Shown here: piece by piece, positions 1 to 8,866 of the stretch | Numbering within the stretch: position 1 is the stretch's first letter | Layout: every line of letters begins with the position of its first letter | Source: Escherichia phage JK1 | Length of the DNA stretch: 64,000 nucleotides | Sequence record: MZ436830.1 | Reading direction: 5' to 3' (one strand) | Position numbers and translations under genes: made by a program | The notes under the pieces: model-generated | Told to the model about the DNA's origin: nothing | Seen by the model: the letters and a program-made list of their open reading frames with translations, nothing else | Databases searched by the model: none

Positions 1-1512
1 ATCAAGAATTAGTGTGTTTATTTTAACACCTGAAACTTTTTCAGCAATATCACGCCAAGTAAATAAAAGAGCAATATCAATTCGTGCTTTTTCACCTTGA
101 CTGAATGAAGCATAACTAAAATCTTCACGACCACGGGATTTAATTGTCTCATTAAATTCTTCATCTAATGTAAACACATAATCCGCTTCCATTATTTTAA
201 GATAATGGTTAATCTGCTTATTAAATAATGGAATGTACTTTTTAATAATAGCACCTTTAATACCAGAATCTTTGAGCATATCAGTCAAAATTCCTCGGTG
301 GTATTTTTCCATTACTAAATTAGTTTTTGTCTTAACAATTTTATCAAGTTCTTCTTGAAGCAGTGCTATTTCATCAGCATGGTCAATAAACTCAGAAGAT
401 GCTTTTTCTATAGCTGCTTTAACTTTTTTAGCTTTATCTACTGTCGTGATTAGAGATTGCTTTTTATTGCGAATATCATTTGCCAACGACTGTTGGGTTT
501 TAATATTATCTCGGTATTCATCAACAAGAACTTTTAAATTATCACGGTGTGTTGAAAGCTGTTCAAACGAATGCGTACATTCAGAAACTTTATCTTTAAT
601 TTTAGAAACAACTTTATCACCGGAACTCAATTGTGACAAACAGGTTGGACATAATCCACCTTCGTGATACATATTAATGACTTTATTATACGAGTCAATT
701 TTTGATTTAATTAAAACTGCTTCTTGACCGATTTTATTAAATGCATCAGTCGGGTCTTCGTCTAAAACAATATTAACTAATCTTTCATTAGCTTCTTCTA
801 TTTCCGATTTTAGCGTTCTAGCTTCTTTTGCCAAATCATCATACATATTTTGCAGACGAGTAAGATTGTCACCCGTTAATTTTTTCTGGCGTTCAACGTT
901 ATCATTATATATTTTAATTTGTTGGATAATACTATCTTTTTTAACATCAAGCACTTGGTTTTGTGAATTTAATTCACGTATTAGTGCTTTATTAAGCTTA
1001 TCCATTTCAGCTAATGTTCCTACCTCGAGCAGGTCTTCCACAAGCTTTCTTCGCGCAGGGGTCGACAAACCCATGAAAGGGGTATACCCTGCTGTACCAA
1101 GGACAACAATCTGCTTGAAACTGGCATATGACATTCCGATAAGCTGTTCAAATTCTGCTTGGAAATCTTTACTGCTGGCAGATTCATTAAGACGTGTACC
1201 GTTAACGGTGATTTCGAAAACGTTTGGTTTTTGTCCTCTTTTGATATAGTACTTTTTCTCATCATATTCCATCCACAGTTCAACTAAAAGTTCTTTCTTA
1301 TTTGTGCTGTTTATTAATTGACCTTTCTTTACATCACGAAATGGTTTGCCAAAAAGCCCAAATGTGATGGCTTCTAACATAGTAGACTTACCACCGCCAT
1401 TTCGGCCAGTAATAAGAGTTTTTTGAACCTTATCTAGTTGAATGTCAATAGGATTTCCACCTACTGACATTATATTTTGATACCTAACTCGGTTTAGTTT
1501 AAAATTCTTCAC
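1..1512 (-). CDS. 46: Recombination endonuclease subunit gp46 (Rad50/SbcC-like ATPase), N-terminal part; C-terminus lies beyond the window start
   Basis: Minus frame open from window edge; own translation gives (V)KNFKLNRV..MSVGGNPIDIQLDKVQKTLITGRNGGGKSTMLEA with Walker A GRNGGGKST; GTG at 1512 preceded by AAGGAA (alternative ATG at 1470); sits downstream of gene 47 as in T4. Confidence 0.8.
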   Translation of the reverse strand, partial: MKNFKLNRVRYQNIMSVGGNPIDIQLDKVQKTLITGRNGGGKSTMLEAITFGLFGKPFRDVKKGQLINSTNKKELLVELWMEYDEKKYYIKRGQKPNVFEITVNGTRLNESASSKDFQAEFEQLIGMSYASFKQIVVLGTAGYTPFMGLSTPARRKLVEDLLEVGTLAEMDKLNKALIRELNSQNQVLDVKKDSIIQQIKIYNDNVERQKKLTGDNLTRLQNMYDDLAKEARTLKSEIEEANERLVNIVLDEDPTDAFNKIGQEAVLIKSKIDSYNKVINMYHEGGLCPTCLSQLSSGDKVVSKIKDKVSECTHSFEQLSTHRDNLKVLVDEYRDNIKTQQSLANDIRNKKQSLITTVDKAKKVKAAIEKASSEFIDHADEIALLQEELDKIVKTKTNLVMEKYHRGILTDMLKDSGIKGAIIKKYIPLFNKQINHYLKIMEADYVFTLDEEFNETIKSRGREDFSYASFSQGEKARIDIALLFTWRDIAEKVSGVKINTLILD

Positions 1513-1772
1513 AAAAGATTCCTTTTAATGTATCTTTTAGACCATTCTATCATATCATCATAATCTAAAAAGTATTCATCAAATTCAGCCATGCAAACAA
1601 CACCTTGTGCTGCTTTTGATGTGATATAAATTATTCCAACATATCTAGAATCTTCTTCGGTATAATCAATATTTGCTATGAATTCATCATTAATGTCAAA
1701 TGTCGAAAACTTCACAGTATGCATCCTTAATACAAGATACAGCCATATCTTGTAATGATTTAGGTGTGTCAT
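1509..1772 (-). CDS. Small hypothetical protein (T4 46.1-like position); true start probably an internal ATG near 1724
   Basis: 87 aa ORF between genes 47 and 46; overlaps the upstream ORF in another frame, so start is uncertain. Confidence 0.4.
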   Translation of the reverse strand: MTHLNHYKIWLYLVLRMHTVKFSTFDINDEFIANIDYTEEDSRYVGIIYITSKAAQGVVCMAEFDEYFLDYDDMIEWSKRYIKRNLL

Positions 1773-1959
1773 TATCTAAAATGTTGAAGTTAAAAGATAC
1801 AGCCCAGTCAGTGCAGACTGTAACCTTTTTAATACAATTATCTTCAACCTCTAACGGTTCAAACCAATATTCAATAATTTCTTTATGCCCAATATCATCT
1901 TTTACTTCGCATTCAAAATGCTGACTCATCATAACATTTTTAAATTCATCAAAAGTCAT
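1696..1959 (-). CDS. Small hypothetical protein (T4 46.2-like position)
   Basis: 87 aa ORF; its ATG overlaps the gene 47 stop (ATGA at 1956-1959). Confidence 0.45.
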   Translation of the reverse strand: MTFDEFKNVMMSQHFECEVKDDIGHKEIIEYWFEPLEVEDNCIKKVTVCTDWAVSFNFNILDNDTPKSLQDMAVSCIKDAYCEVFDI

Positions 1960-2975
1960 TGTGTTGCCTCTACATATAGCTGATTCGCATATTGAATAAG
2001 TGCTTCACGGTCAGAATCAGTGATGTCTGGAATTGCATTAATGTATTCTTCCATCAACGTCTGAAGAGATTGAACTTCAACTTCTTCACTTTCATCTGAC
2101 TCGACAGAGTTATCAATTTTTGACACAACTCGTAATGAATGCACAACTTTTTCTAGTTCAGATTCGAACTTCGTTAGATTTTTGTCTACTTCAGTTACTA
2201 TAACACGTACTGATAGATTTGTAAAATCTTTATAGTCAATTTTTCCTTTAAATGGATAATGAATTCTACGATGCCAGGTAGTATTGTTTGGAATAAATTC
2301 CATTCGTTCTGTTTCTGTATCAAACATCCAGAACCCACGAGGGTCATTCTCGTCACCTGCAGTTAGTGTCCATGGTGTCCCAATATATCTGACGTTAGCA
2401 GCCTCAGAGATAGTATGGAAGTGACCAGACCACACTTCCTTATAAGTCTTAAGGAAATCAGGTTCAAGACCGTGAGATTTCATTCCTTTATAAAAATAAA
2501 ATCCGTTCAGTTCCCAGTGACCAACGCAAAAAGAAGCAGATGAAGTTTTGATGTGTTCAAGAATTTCACCAGTATTTTCTTCACACATCCAAGGAATTAA
2601 ATCAATTAAACATCCGTCAAAATCTACTGTAGTAGGCTTATCATATACTTTAACATTAGGATATTTAGCCAAAAGCTCAGTAGAGGCATTTGGAGTTAAA
2701 GTATTTTTAAAGTGCATATCATGGTTTCCTACAACAGTATGTAGGGTAATACCAGCATCATCAAGCATTTGAACTATTTCACGAGCAAACTCCATAGTTT
2801 TATGCGTGATTGCTTTTCGCACATCAAAAATATCGCCGTATTGAATCCATGTAGTAATTCCATTTTTCTTAGAATATTCTATTGCTTGTTTAATTCCATC
2901 CAACTGAATGGATTGAACCCACTCATCATCGGCTTTAACGCCTAAATGCCAATCACCTAAATTTAAAATTTTCAT
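1956..2975 (-). CDS. 47: Recombination nuclease subunit gp47 (Mre11/SbcD-like metallophosphatase)
   Basis: 339 aa; phosphoesterase motifs GDWHLG, GDIFD, GNHD; T4 gp47 length and position. Confidence 0.9.
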   Translation of the reverse strand: MKILNLGDWHLGVKADDEWVQSIQLDGIKQAIEYSKKNGITTWIQYGDIFDVRKAITHKTMEFAREIVQMLDDAGITLHTVVGNHDMHFKNTLTPNASTELLAKYPNVKVYDKPTTVDFDGCLIDLIPWMCEENTGEILEHIKTSSASFCVGHWELNGFYFYKGMKSHGLEPDFLKTYKEVWSGHFHTISEAANVRYIGTPWTLTAGDENDPRGFWMFDTETERMEFIPNNTTWHRRIHYPFKGKIDYKDFTNLSVRVIVTEVDKNLTKFESELEKVVHSLRVVSKIDNSVESDESEEVEVQSLQTLMEEYINAIPDITDSDREALIQYANQLYVEATQ

Positions 2976-3151
2976 ATATCAAGAACCGTCATTGAAATGC
3001 AAAATAAAATTATTGAAATAAACCCATCTGGTGTGCTAAAGAACCCAATCCAACATGCTTTAGTGAATAGATAAAATGCAAGAAAAAGTATCACATATTC
3101 AAGAAATATCATTATATCAAACTCCGTATAAAGCTAAAGGGCCGAAGCCCT

Positions 3152-4354
3152 TTATTTTGTAATAATGTCAAACTGTTCTTTAAAGCAGAAGCTTGAATCT
3201 TGATGCTGATACAAAAATTCATAAGCTTTTTCGCGTTCGCGGTCATAAAGAGTTCGGTCAGATGACAGTTCTTTAATACGTTCAAATGTTGATTCCATGT
3301 CATTTTCATCAAACCAAATGATACCGCTATCATGCGAGGTCAAAGGAGTATTATCAACACGGAATTTTAAATTTTCGCCAGTAGATTTCCAAAATACCGG
3401 AATTGTTCCACATGCACCAAGCTCGAGATGAGTATATTCTAAAGAACGTTGTAGATATTTTTTATCCAACTTACTCAACTGATAACCAAAACCGGATTTA
3501 CTCATACGTTCAAGCATTTCGCTATTTACATAACGGTCAAGAATTTGCGTTGGCAAATTAGGAGCAATTTTAATTTGGTCTACTTGATGAAGACGATAAT
3601 ACTCGTATGGAATTCCTTTTTCTTTAATAGGAATGAACGCTGGAGAACGTTCCAGACCTTCCATAATAGTACTTAGTCCTGCAGGTTTAAGATGTTTTTC
3701 ATGAAAATCAAACATCTGATAAAAACCTTTCCATGTAGTCGTACGACCAATCCAACGGTTGATATTCATGTTAATTTCAGAAACATCTTTCCAGTAGGTT
3801 GACCGAACCTTCGCAATATCCATAGGAGGCTGAAAGTTATATACTGTCGGTGCTTCTTCAATATCATCAAACAGAGAAACTGTTTCAGGATACCATTCTT
3901 TCATCAGAACTTTATTAAAATCACCATTATCAGAATGGCTAAAAATAACATCAGCTCGACGAACAGTTTCTTCTAATCCCAAATTTCGGCGCAAAGAAAG
4001 AGAAGAATGGTCATGTTGATAAACTACAACACGAACAGAAGGTTTAATGTTATCAATAATTTTTTTATAGTTATTAATAGTGTCTTCTTCAACCGAAGTA
4101 GCAGGAACTGAATTGATAATTAGAATATCACAATCATTTACCAGCTTAAGTGTTTTATCATATTCTTTTGCCAATAAAACCGGAATTGAAAATGATTTAT
4201 AATCATGCGCGCAATTACGAGTAAATGATTTATCTTTAGCATAAACCAAAGTTACTTCATGACCATTCTTAATAAACCAATCACGTTGCTCAAGAGAAAA
4301 TTTAGTTACACCACAACCTTCAAGACCTCGAGCCATAAAAATACATACTTTCAT
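3152..4354 (-). CDS. agt: DNA alpha-glucosyltransferase
   Basis: 400 aa; N-terminus MKVCIFMARGLEGCGVTKFSLEQRDWFIKNGHEV matches my recollection of T4 a-gt; located between 47 and 55. Confidence 0.85.
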   Translation of the reverse strand: MKVCIFMARGLEGCGVTKFSLEQRDWFIKNGHEVTLVYAKDKSFTRNCAHDYKSFSIPVLLAKEYDKTLKLVNDCDILIINSVPATSVEEDTINNYKKIIDNIKPSVRVVVYQHDHSSLSLRRNLGLEETVRRADVIFSHSDNGDFNKVLMKEWYPETVSLFDDIEEAPTVYNFQPPMDIAKVRSTYWKDVSEINMNINRWIGRTTTWKGFYQMFDFHEKHLKPAGLSTIMEGLERSPAFIPIKEKGIPYEYYRLHQVDQIKIAPNLPTQILDRYVNSEMLERMSKSGFGYQLSKLDKKYLQRSLEYTHLELGACGTIPVFWKSTGENLKFRVDNTPLTSHDSGIIWFDENDMESTFERIKELSSDRTLYDREREKAYEFLYQHQDSSFCFKEQFDIITK

Positions 4355-4597
4355 TTAATATCCTCTTTGTTTTGGTTTATTTTACCAAAAATTTATAAAG
4401 CAATATAGGAGCCGAAGCTCCTATCTACATAATACGCCATACAGAGGCTCGTTAGAACTTTTAAATTTTATGCGCTTATATTTTATAGTTCCTTCTGCTT
4501 TAGCTTTATCATGAGACGCTTTAAAGAGTCTCATCATTTCCTCTTTAGAGGAACGAATTTTATTATAATCTATTTCAGAAGTCTGGGTGTTCATCTT

Positions 4598-4804
4598 TCA
4601 TAACTGCCACCATTTTTTGACTTGATAAGAATCAACCCACACTTTCATATTAGGGTCTGCTCTTACAATAGGAGGATTAACTTCTTTAATTGAACTATCA
4701 TGGTATTCTTTTTCAGAAATTTTCACACAAAGATGACCATTCAAAGATTCAGTAAATCCTGCATTAATTTTAAGACGCTTGAATTTTACGTGTGTAAGCA
4801 TCAA
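4598..4804 (-). CDS. Hypothetical small protein
   Basis: 68 aa minus-strand ORF in the early gene array. Confidence 0.35.
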   Translation of the reverse strand: MMLTHVKFKRLKINAGFTESLNGHLCVKISEKEYHDSSIKEVNPPIVRADPNMKVWVDSYQVKKWWQL

Positions 4805-5087
4805 TCATATCCTCAATCTGCGATCTAGTAGTCTTCCAAAGAATACTAATGAGTTCATCGTTATATGGCTGTTTTAGAATATCCCGACTTTTCTTGATAG
4901 CATATTCGTATTGAGCAAAATTATTGTTTTCAGCTGCAATCTGAGCGTGCTTATAAAGACGATTCAGTTCGCGTTTGTTTTTAGACAATAACTTATTTGC
5001 TTTTCTTTCTGCTTCAAGACGGTTCTTTTCTTCAATAGAAGAAATAAGCTTTTCCACTTCATCATTAATTTCGGGTTTATCAGTCAT
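4770..5087 (-). CDS. Hypothetical protein, predicted coiled-coil
   Basis: 105 aa ORF, charged and helical in composition. Confidence 0.45.
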   Translation of the reverse strand: MTDKPEINDEVEKLISSIEEKNRLEAERKANKLLSKNKRELNRLYKHAQIAAENNNFAQYEYAIKKSRDILKQPYNDELISILWKTTRSQIEDMIDAYTRKIQAS

Positions 5088-5088
5088 A

Positions 5089-5307
5089 TTATTTCTCTAA
5101 TATAAAATAAAAATCATCATCTGTCAAATGATACCTGTAATTTAATTCTACACCATTAGATTTAAAAGCGGTATCATACGGATTTTCTGGATCAATATCA
5201 ATGTCAAGAGCTAAAACTTCCCTGAGATACATTTTAAGTAAATAGGGAATAGCTTCAACTTCAGGTATTTCTTCCAAGAATCCGGAGAGGTTAATCGTTA
5301 GCCTCAT
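5089..5307 (-). CDS. Hypothetical small acidic protein
   Basis: 72 aa ORF, tightly packed after the preceding ORF. Confidence 0.4.
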
Positions 5308-5848
5308 ATAAAAAATCCAAACTAGGAGAATCGTCTACAACACTTTTCTTTTCAGCCCCCGGTGTTCTATAGGTTGATTCTTCGTAATGCGTCATTTTAT
5401 CGTAGATGTCTTGAATAAAAGTTTCATCTACTAACGCAACCATATCGTCGTCACGACTGTCATAGACATTGTGAACGAAGTAACTATATTTCTTTGCAAC
5501 TTCCTTACGTTCTTTTTTAATACGCTGGACGAATGCATTAAAACAAGCTTGAGTTATATACGCATGTGGGTTTTTATATTTCGTTTCATCAAAATTATGA
5601 AGCCCCTTAATAGAAGCTTCTATACCATCTGCAATCATTTCTTGTTTCCAAGACTGGGTGTATCCTGAAAAGTTGAAACGTTTAGATAAGCCTTCTGCAA
5701 TAAGCATAATGGCTAATCCGATAGTATCATTTTGACGAACTACTTTATTTGGGTCTTTATTATTTGCTAATTCTGTTTTCCAATCAATAATAGCTTGTAA
5801 AAGCTCTTTATTGTTTACGTAATTATATTTAGGCTTAGTTTCTGACAT
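5291..5848 (-). CDS. 55: Late-transcription sigma factor gp55
   Basis: Start taken at [24 protein letters not shown] (185 aa, as T4 gp55); ORF track extends 2 codons upstream. Confidence 0.85.
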
Positions 5849-5926
5849 TTTCACCTCTTAGCTCAATTCATAGATCTATTATATCATAATATTTGAAGAT
5901 CTATCTTAAAGCATAGAGAATATCAG

Positions 5927-6196
5927 TTATCTAAGTAAACAGTATGCTTGGAATACTTTCTCCATCATCTTTTTAAATTCATGAATATCTATATAATGAC
6001 TAGTTAGATCAGCATGATATAAAAAGTCTAAAAACTTTTCATGTGTACTAACATATTCACTTTCATTTAATTCAGAAACATGGCTTTCCCAATATCCAAC
6101 ACCAGTCTTATTTGGGAAAAATGAAATTTTCATGTATTGGTCAACATAGAAAATGCCATAATTTTCAATAGTAATAGAAATATTAATAAATTTCAT
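5927..6196 (-). CDS. Hypothetical protein (55.x region)
   Basis: 89 aa ORF. Confidence 0.4.
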   Translation of the reverse strand: MKFINISITIENYGIFYVDQYMKISFFPNKTGVGYWESHVSELNESEYVSTHEKFLDFLYHADLTSHYIDIHEFKKMMEKVFQAYCLLR

Positions 6197-6408
6197 ACAT
6201 TCATCAACTTAGCCGCTTCAAGAGCTGCATCTAGTGAATCAAATTGGTCAACGTATTCAATCAATTCGCCATAATTGGCATATAACCACCATTGGCTAAA
6301 TTCATACTCAAGGATGAATCCGTTTCCTTCAATTTGAGTTAAACCAATGCCATTTGTATTTACTTCATATCCAGCAAGACGCAAATCGTTAATAAGAGCT
6401 TCGTTCAT
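6193..6408 (-). CDS. Hypothetical small acidic protein (55.x region)
   Basis: 71 aa ORF; 4-nt overlap with the downstream ORF. Confidence 0.4.
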   Translation of the reverse strand: MNEALINDLRLAGYEVNTNGIGLTQIEGNGFILEYEFSQWWLYANYGELIEYVDQFDSLDAALEAAKLMNV

Positions 6409-6410
6409 AA

Positions 6411-6737
6411 TTATACCTTAGTAATTTTCAGGTCTGCAAATTTTTTCTTGCGTTGATTTTTCATGCGACGAATAGTTTTATCGGAAATTTCATGCTTTTG
6501 ATAAGCTTTAGATTCTACACCAAAAGCTTTAACATCAAATTCTGACAAGATATATTGAACCAACAATTCACGGACAGTATTGCGTCCAATCTTCTGATCA
6601 TTCTGTTTCATCGTTTGATGAAGCTCTTTTTCCCATTTATCCAAACTTTGAGGAGTTACAATATCGCCTTTTTCTAGCAAAGAAACTACTTTATCATATG
6701 CGTAAGAATTGATGGCGTTTTTAATTTGAATAGTCAT
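6411..6737 (-). CDS. Hypothetical protein (55.x region)
   Basis: 108 aa ORF. Confidence 0.45.
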   Translation of the reverse strand: MTIQIKNAINSYAYDKVVSLLEKGDIVTPQSLDKWEKELHQTMKQNDQKIGRNTVRELLVQYILSEFDVKAFGVESKAYQKHEISDKTIRRMKNQRKKKFADLKITKV

Positions 6738-6789
6738 ACATTATCCTCAATTGCGTTAAAATTTTATTATCCAAAAAGGGCCGAAGCCC

Positions 6790-6990
6790 TTAGCTAAACT
6801 TTTTGGCACCCTTCCAGCCTTCATACATCATTGCGGCTGATATTAATATTGCTCCTGAGCAACTTGAATATTTGTGATTCCAAAACCAGTTTAGAAAAAC
6901 TTCGTCATCAATACCTTGTGCTATCATATTTTCAAAGAACTGACGACGAGCTTCGGCAATTCGCTGCGATAATTTAGATTCAGGATTCAT
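6790..6990 (-). CDS. Hypothetical small protein
   Basis: 66 aa ORF. Confidence 0.35.
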   Translation of the reverse strand: MNPESKLSQRIAEARRQFFENMIAQGIDDEVFLNWFWNHKYSSCSGAILISAAMMYEGWKGAKKFS

Positions 6991-7206
6991 TTAAATTTTC
7001 CAATTACCGTTTTCATCAATGAATTTAATCCAGTCATTTACTGACCACTTAGTTGTATCGCCTTTTGGAGTAACATTTAAAGTATATAGCCCTTGCTTAA
7101 AAAGCATTCGTTTGATATTCATAATTTCCTCAGCTGTAACGATAGCACTCGTTTGATTTACGTTTAGCAACTCGTTGAGAAGTATTATAATCAAAATCAT
7201 CGTCAA
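6991..7206 (-). CDS. Hypothetical small protein; start uncertain
   Basis: 71 aa ORF overlapping the next ORF by 77 nt; probably starts at an internal Met. Confidence 0.3.
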   Translation of the reverse strand: MTMILIIILLNELLNVNQTSAIVTAEEIMNIKRMLFKQGLYTLNVTPKGDTTKWSVNDWIKFIDENGNWKI

Positions 7207-7462
7207 TGTAAACTGATTTTTTCAACTTTCTTACTTCACCACGTAATTGGCGATTTAGCTCATCTTTAACTTCTGAATCAATACCTTTCATTCTACGCCA
7301 TTTATCTGAGCGAAAAATGTTTTCAACCATATCTTTATGACTTACACCATCAGGAGCTTTACGCTTTCCGAAATAGTCATAATCACGTACTTTTAAATCT
7401 TTACGACGATACGTTTTACCCATGGAGTTTAATTTCCTTAGCAACTGAACTAAATGCAGCAC
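7130..7462 (-). CDS. Hypothetical basic protein; start probably internal (MGKTYRRKD, near 7423)
   Basis: 110 aa ORF rich in Lys/Arg. Confidence 0.4.
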   Translation of the reverse strand: MLHLVQLLRKLNSMGKTYRRKDLKVRDYDYFGKRKAPDGVSHKDMVENIFRSDKWRRMKGIDSEVKDELNRQLRGEVRKLKKSVYIDDDFDYNTSQRVAKRKSNECYRYS

Positions 7463-7598
7463 GATCGCAAATCATGCGTTTATGTAACTTGAGTATAATA
7501 TAGCAAACTTCAAAACTATTTACATGAGTAACGCGAACAGCATTACCATTAATAAGATAATACTGTCCCTTTTTAATTTCTTTATCAATCATAACCAT
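7416..7598 (-). CDS. Hypothetical small protein
   Basis: 60 aa ORF immediately downstream of an early promoter-like motif. Confidence 0.3.
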   Translation of the reverse strand: MVMIDKEIKKGQYYLINGNAVRVTHVNSFEVCYIILKLHKRMICDRAAFSSVAKEIKLHG

Positions 7599-7628
7599 AT
7601 CAATTCCTCAAAGGCAATTCATATGTTA

Positions 7629-7658
7629 ATAATACCACGGTTTGAACTTGTTGTAAAC
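7629..7658 (-). promoter_or_regulatory. Early (sigma70-type) promoter, T4 early class: GTTTAC -35, 18-nt spacer, TATTAT -10
   Basis: Plus-strand gtaaac at 7653-7658 and ataata at 7629-7634 (reverse complement GTTTAC..TATTAT); intergenic. Confidence 0.5.
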
Positions 7659-7756
7659 AACTTTGTGAAAAATATTTTAGGGAATGATAAGAAAGGAACG
7701 ATAGCTTAGAATGGTAATATACAGAATGTGAGAAAGAAAGGCCCAGAGGGCCCGTC

Positions 7757-8065
7757 TTAATCTTCTATGATATCTCTATCATATCCAAGTGAAATGAGAG
7801 TTTCTTTGAAGTGTTTAATGTTCTTTTGTCTAGAATCATTAATGAAAATGACTGGATAACGAATGTTAAGAGATGTGAATCCAGCGCGTTTAGCAAGAGA
7901 TACAATCAGTGGACGATCATACTCAATCTTACCATTATTTGTAAGAACTTTATAGAAAGTAAAAGGAGCATTGAGCTCCTTTAGAAGTTTTGTAACTGAT
8001 TGACATCCAGGACAACGACCTACTTCATCTGGAATTCCATAGACTTCAATCTTATTTTGTTTCAC
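7757..8065 (-). CDS. nrdH: Glutaredoxin-like protein NrdH
   Basis: 102 aa; CPGC redox motif (RCPGCQS); adjacent to nrdG/nrdD. Confidence 0.7.
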   Translation of the reverse strand: MKQNKIEVYGIPDEVGRCPGCQSVTKLLKELNAPFTFYKVLTNNGKIEYDRPLIVSLAKRAGFTSLNIRYPVIFINDSRQKNIKHFKETLISLGYDRDIIED

Positions 8066-8067
8066 AA

Positions 8068-8280
8068 CTATTCCTTACTAAGAGCAGCATTCAGCTTGTT
8101 AGTAATTTTATCCAGACGCTCATTGAACTCACTAGAAGATAAGCCCTTTTCTGGAGAAATTAAACTAATCACGAAAAATACAACAATAAAAGGAATAAGA
8201 AAAATAGCTCCAACTGCCATAAACAGAAAGAACGTTACAGTTGTAAGAAAATCAGCTAAACCTTTACGAAATTTATACAT
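8068..8280 (-). CDS. Small membrane protein
   Basis: 70 aa; long hydrophobic segment FLTTVTFFLFMAVGAIFLIPFIVVFFVISLI. Confidence 0.45.
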   Translation of the reverse strand: MYKFRKGLADFLTTVTFFLFMAVGAIFLIPFIVVFFVISLISPEKGLSSSEFNERLDKITNKLNAALSKE

Positions 8281-8395
8281 ATTTTACCCTTAATTGATTA
8301 ACCAAGCATTGATAAGCACTAAACTATATTGCGAATAAAATTCTGGACCAAAATGAAAAATCATATCATTTATAGTGTCCATAATATAATTCAAT

Positions 8396-8866
8396 TTAAT
8401 CATGTTTCCACACCCCATCGGTATTTGACCAAAGTCGCTGATTATCTGATCCTCGCCACAGCTTTTTAGTCGGAAGATTTTTCTCATACTTCCCATCAAT
8501 AATAACATCAACATATTTAAGCATTTCTAGTTGTTTAATATCTTCAAACTTATATCCTGTCCACAACCAAATGCTTTTATTGGGATAAAGATTTTTTACT
8601 GTTTGAACCACAGAGTGAATCACGTCTCTGTTATCAGGATAAAGAGGGTCACCTCCGGTTATAGTTAATCCTTCTATATAATCATTATTCAAACATTCAA
8701 TCAATTGTTCTAGTGTTTCACCAGTAAATGGAATACCATTTCTAGCATTCCATGTTGATTTATTATAACACCCTTCGCATTTATGCAAACAACCTGTAAC
8801 GAAAAGAACGACCCTGCAACCAGGGCCATTAACAAAATCGCAAGGATAAAATCTATCATAATTCAT
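8396..8866 (-). CDS. nrdG: Anaerobic ribonucleotide reductase activating protein (radical SAM)
   Basis: 156 aa; CxxxCxxC cluster motif CLHKCEGC; 4-nt overlap with nrdD. Confidence 0.9.
   Translation of the reverse strand: MNYDRFYPCDFVNGPGCRVVLFVTGCLHKCEGCYNKSTWNARNGIPFTGETLEQLIECLNNDYIEGLTITGGDPLYPDNRDVIHSVVQTVKNLYPNKSIWLWTGYKFEDIKQLEMLKYVDVIIDGKYEKNLPTKKLWRGSDNQRLWSNTDGVWKHD

Noticed and set aside
866-1283. Plus-strand ORF 866..1249 and minus-strand ORF 1020..1283
   Set aside because: Both lie inside the gene 46 coding region in other frames; no ribosome-binding site or conservation signal, so treated as spurious.
5935-5940. GTTTAC hexamer as an early promoter for gene 55
   Set aside because: It lies inside a coding ORF and has no acceptable -10 element at 17-18 nt spacing.
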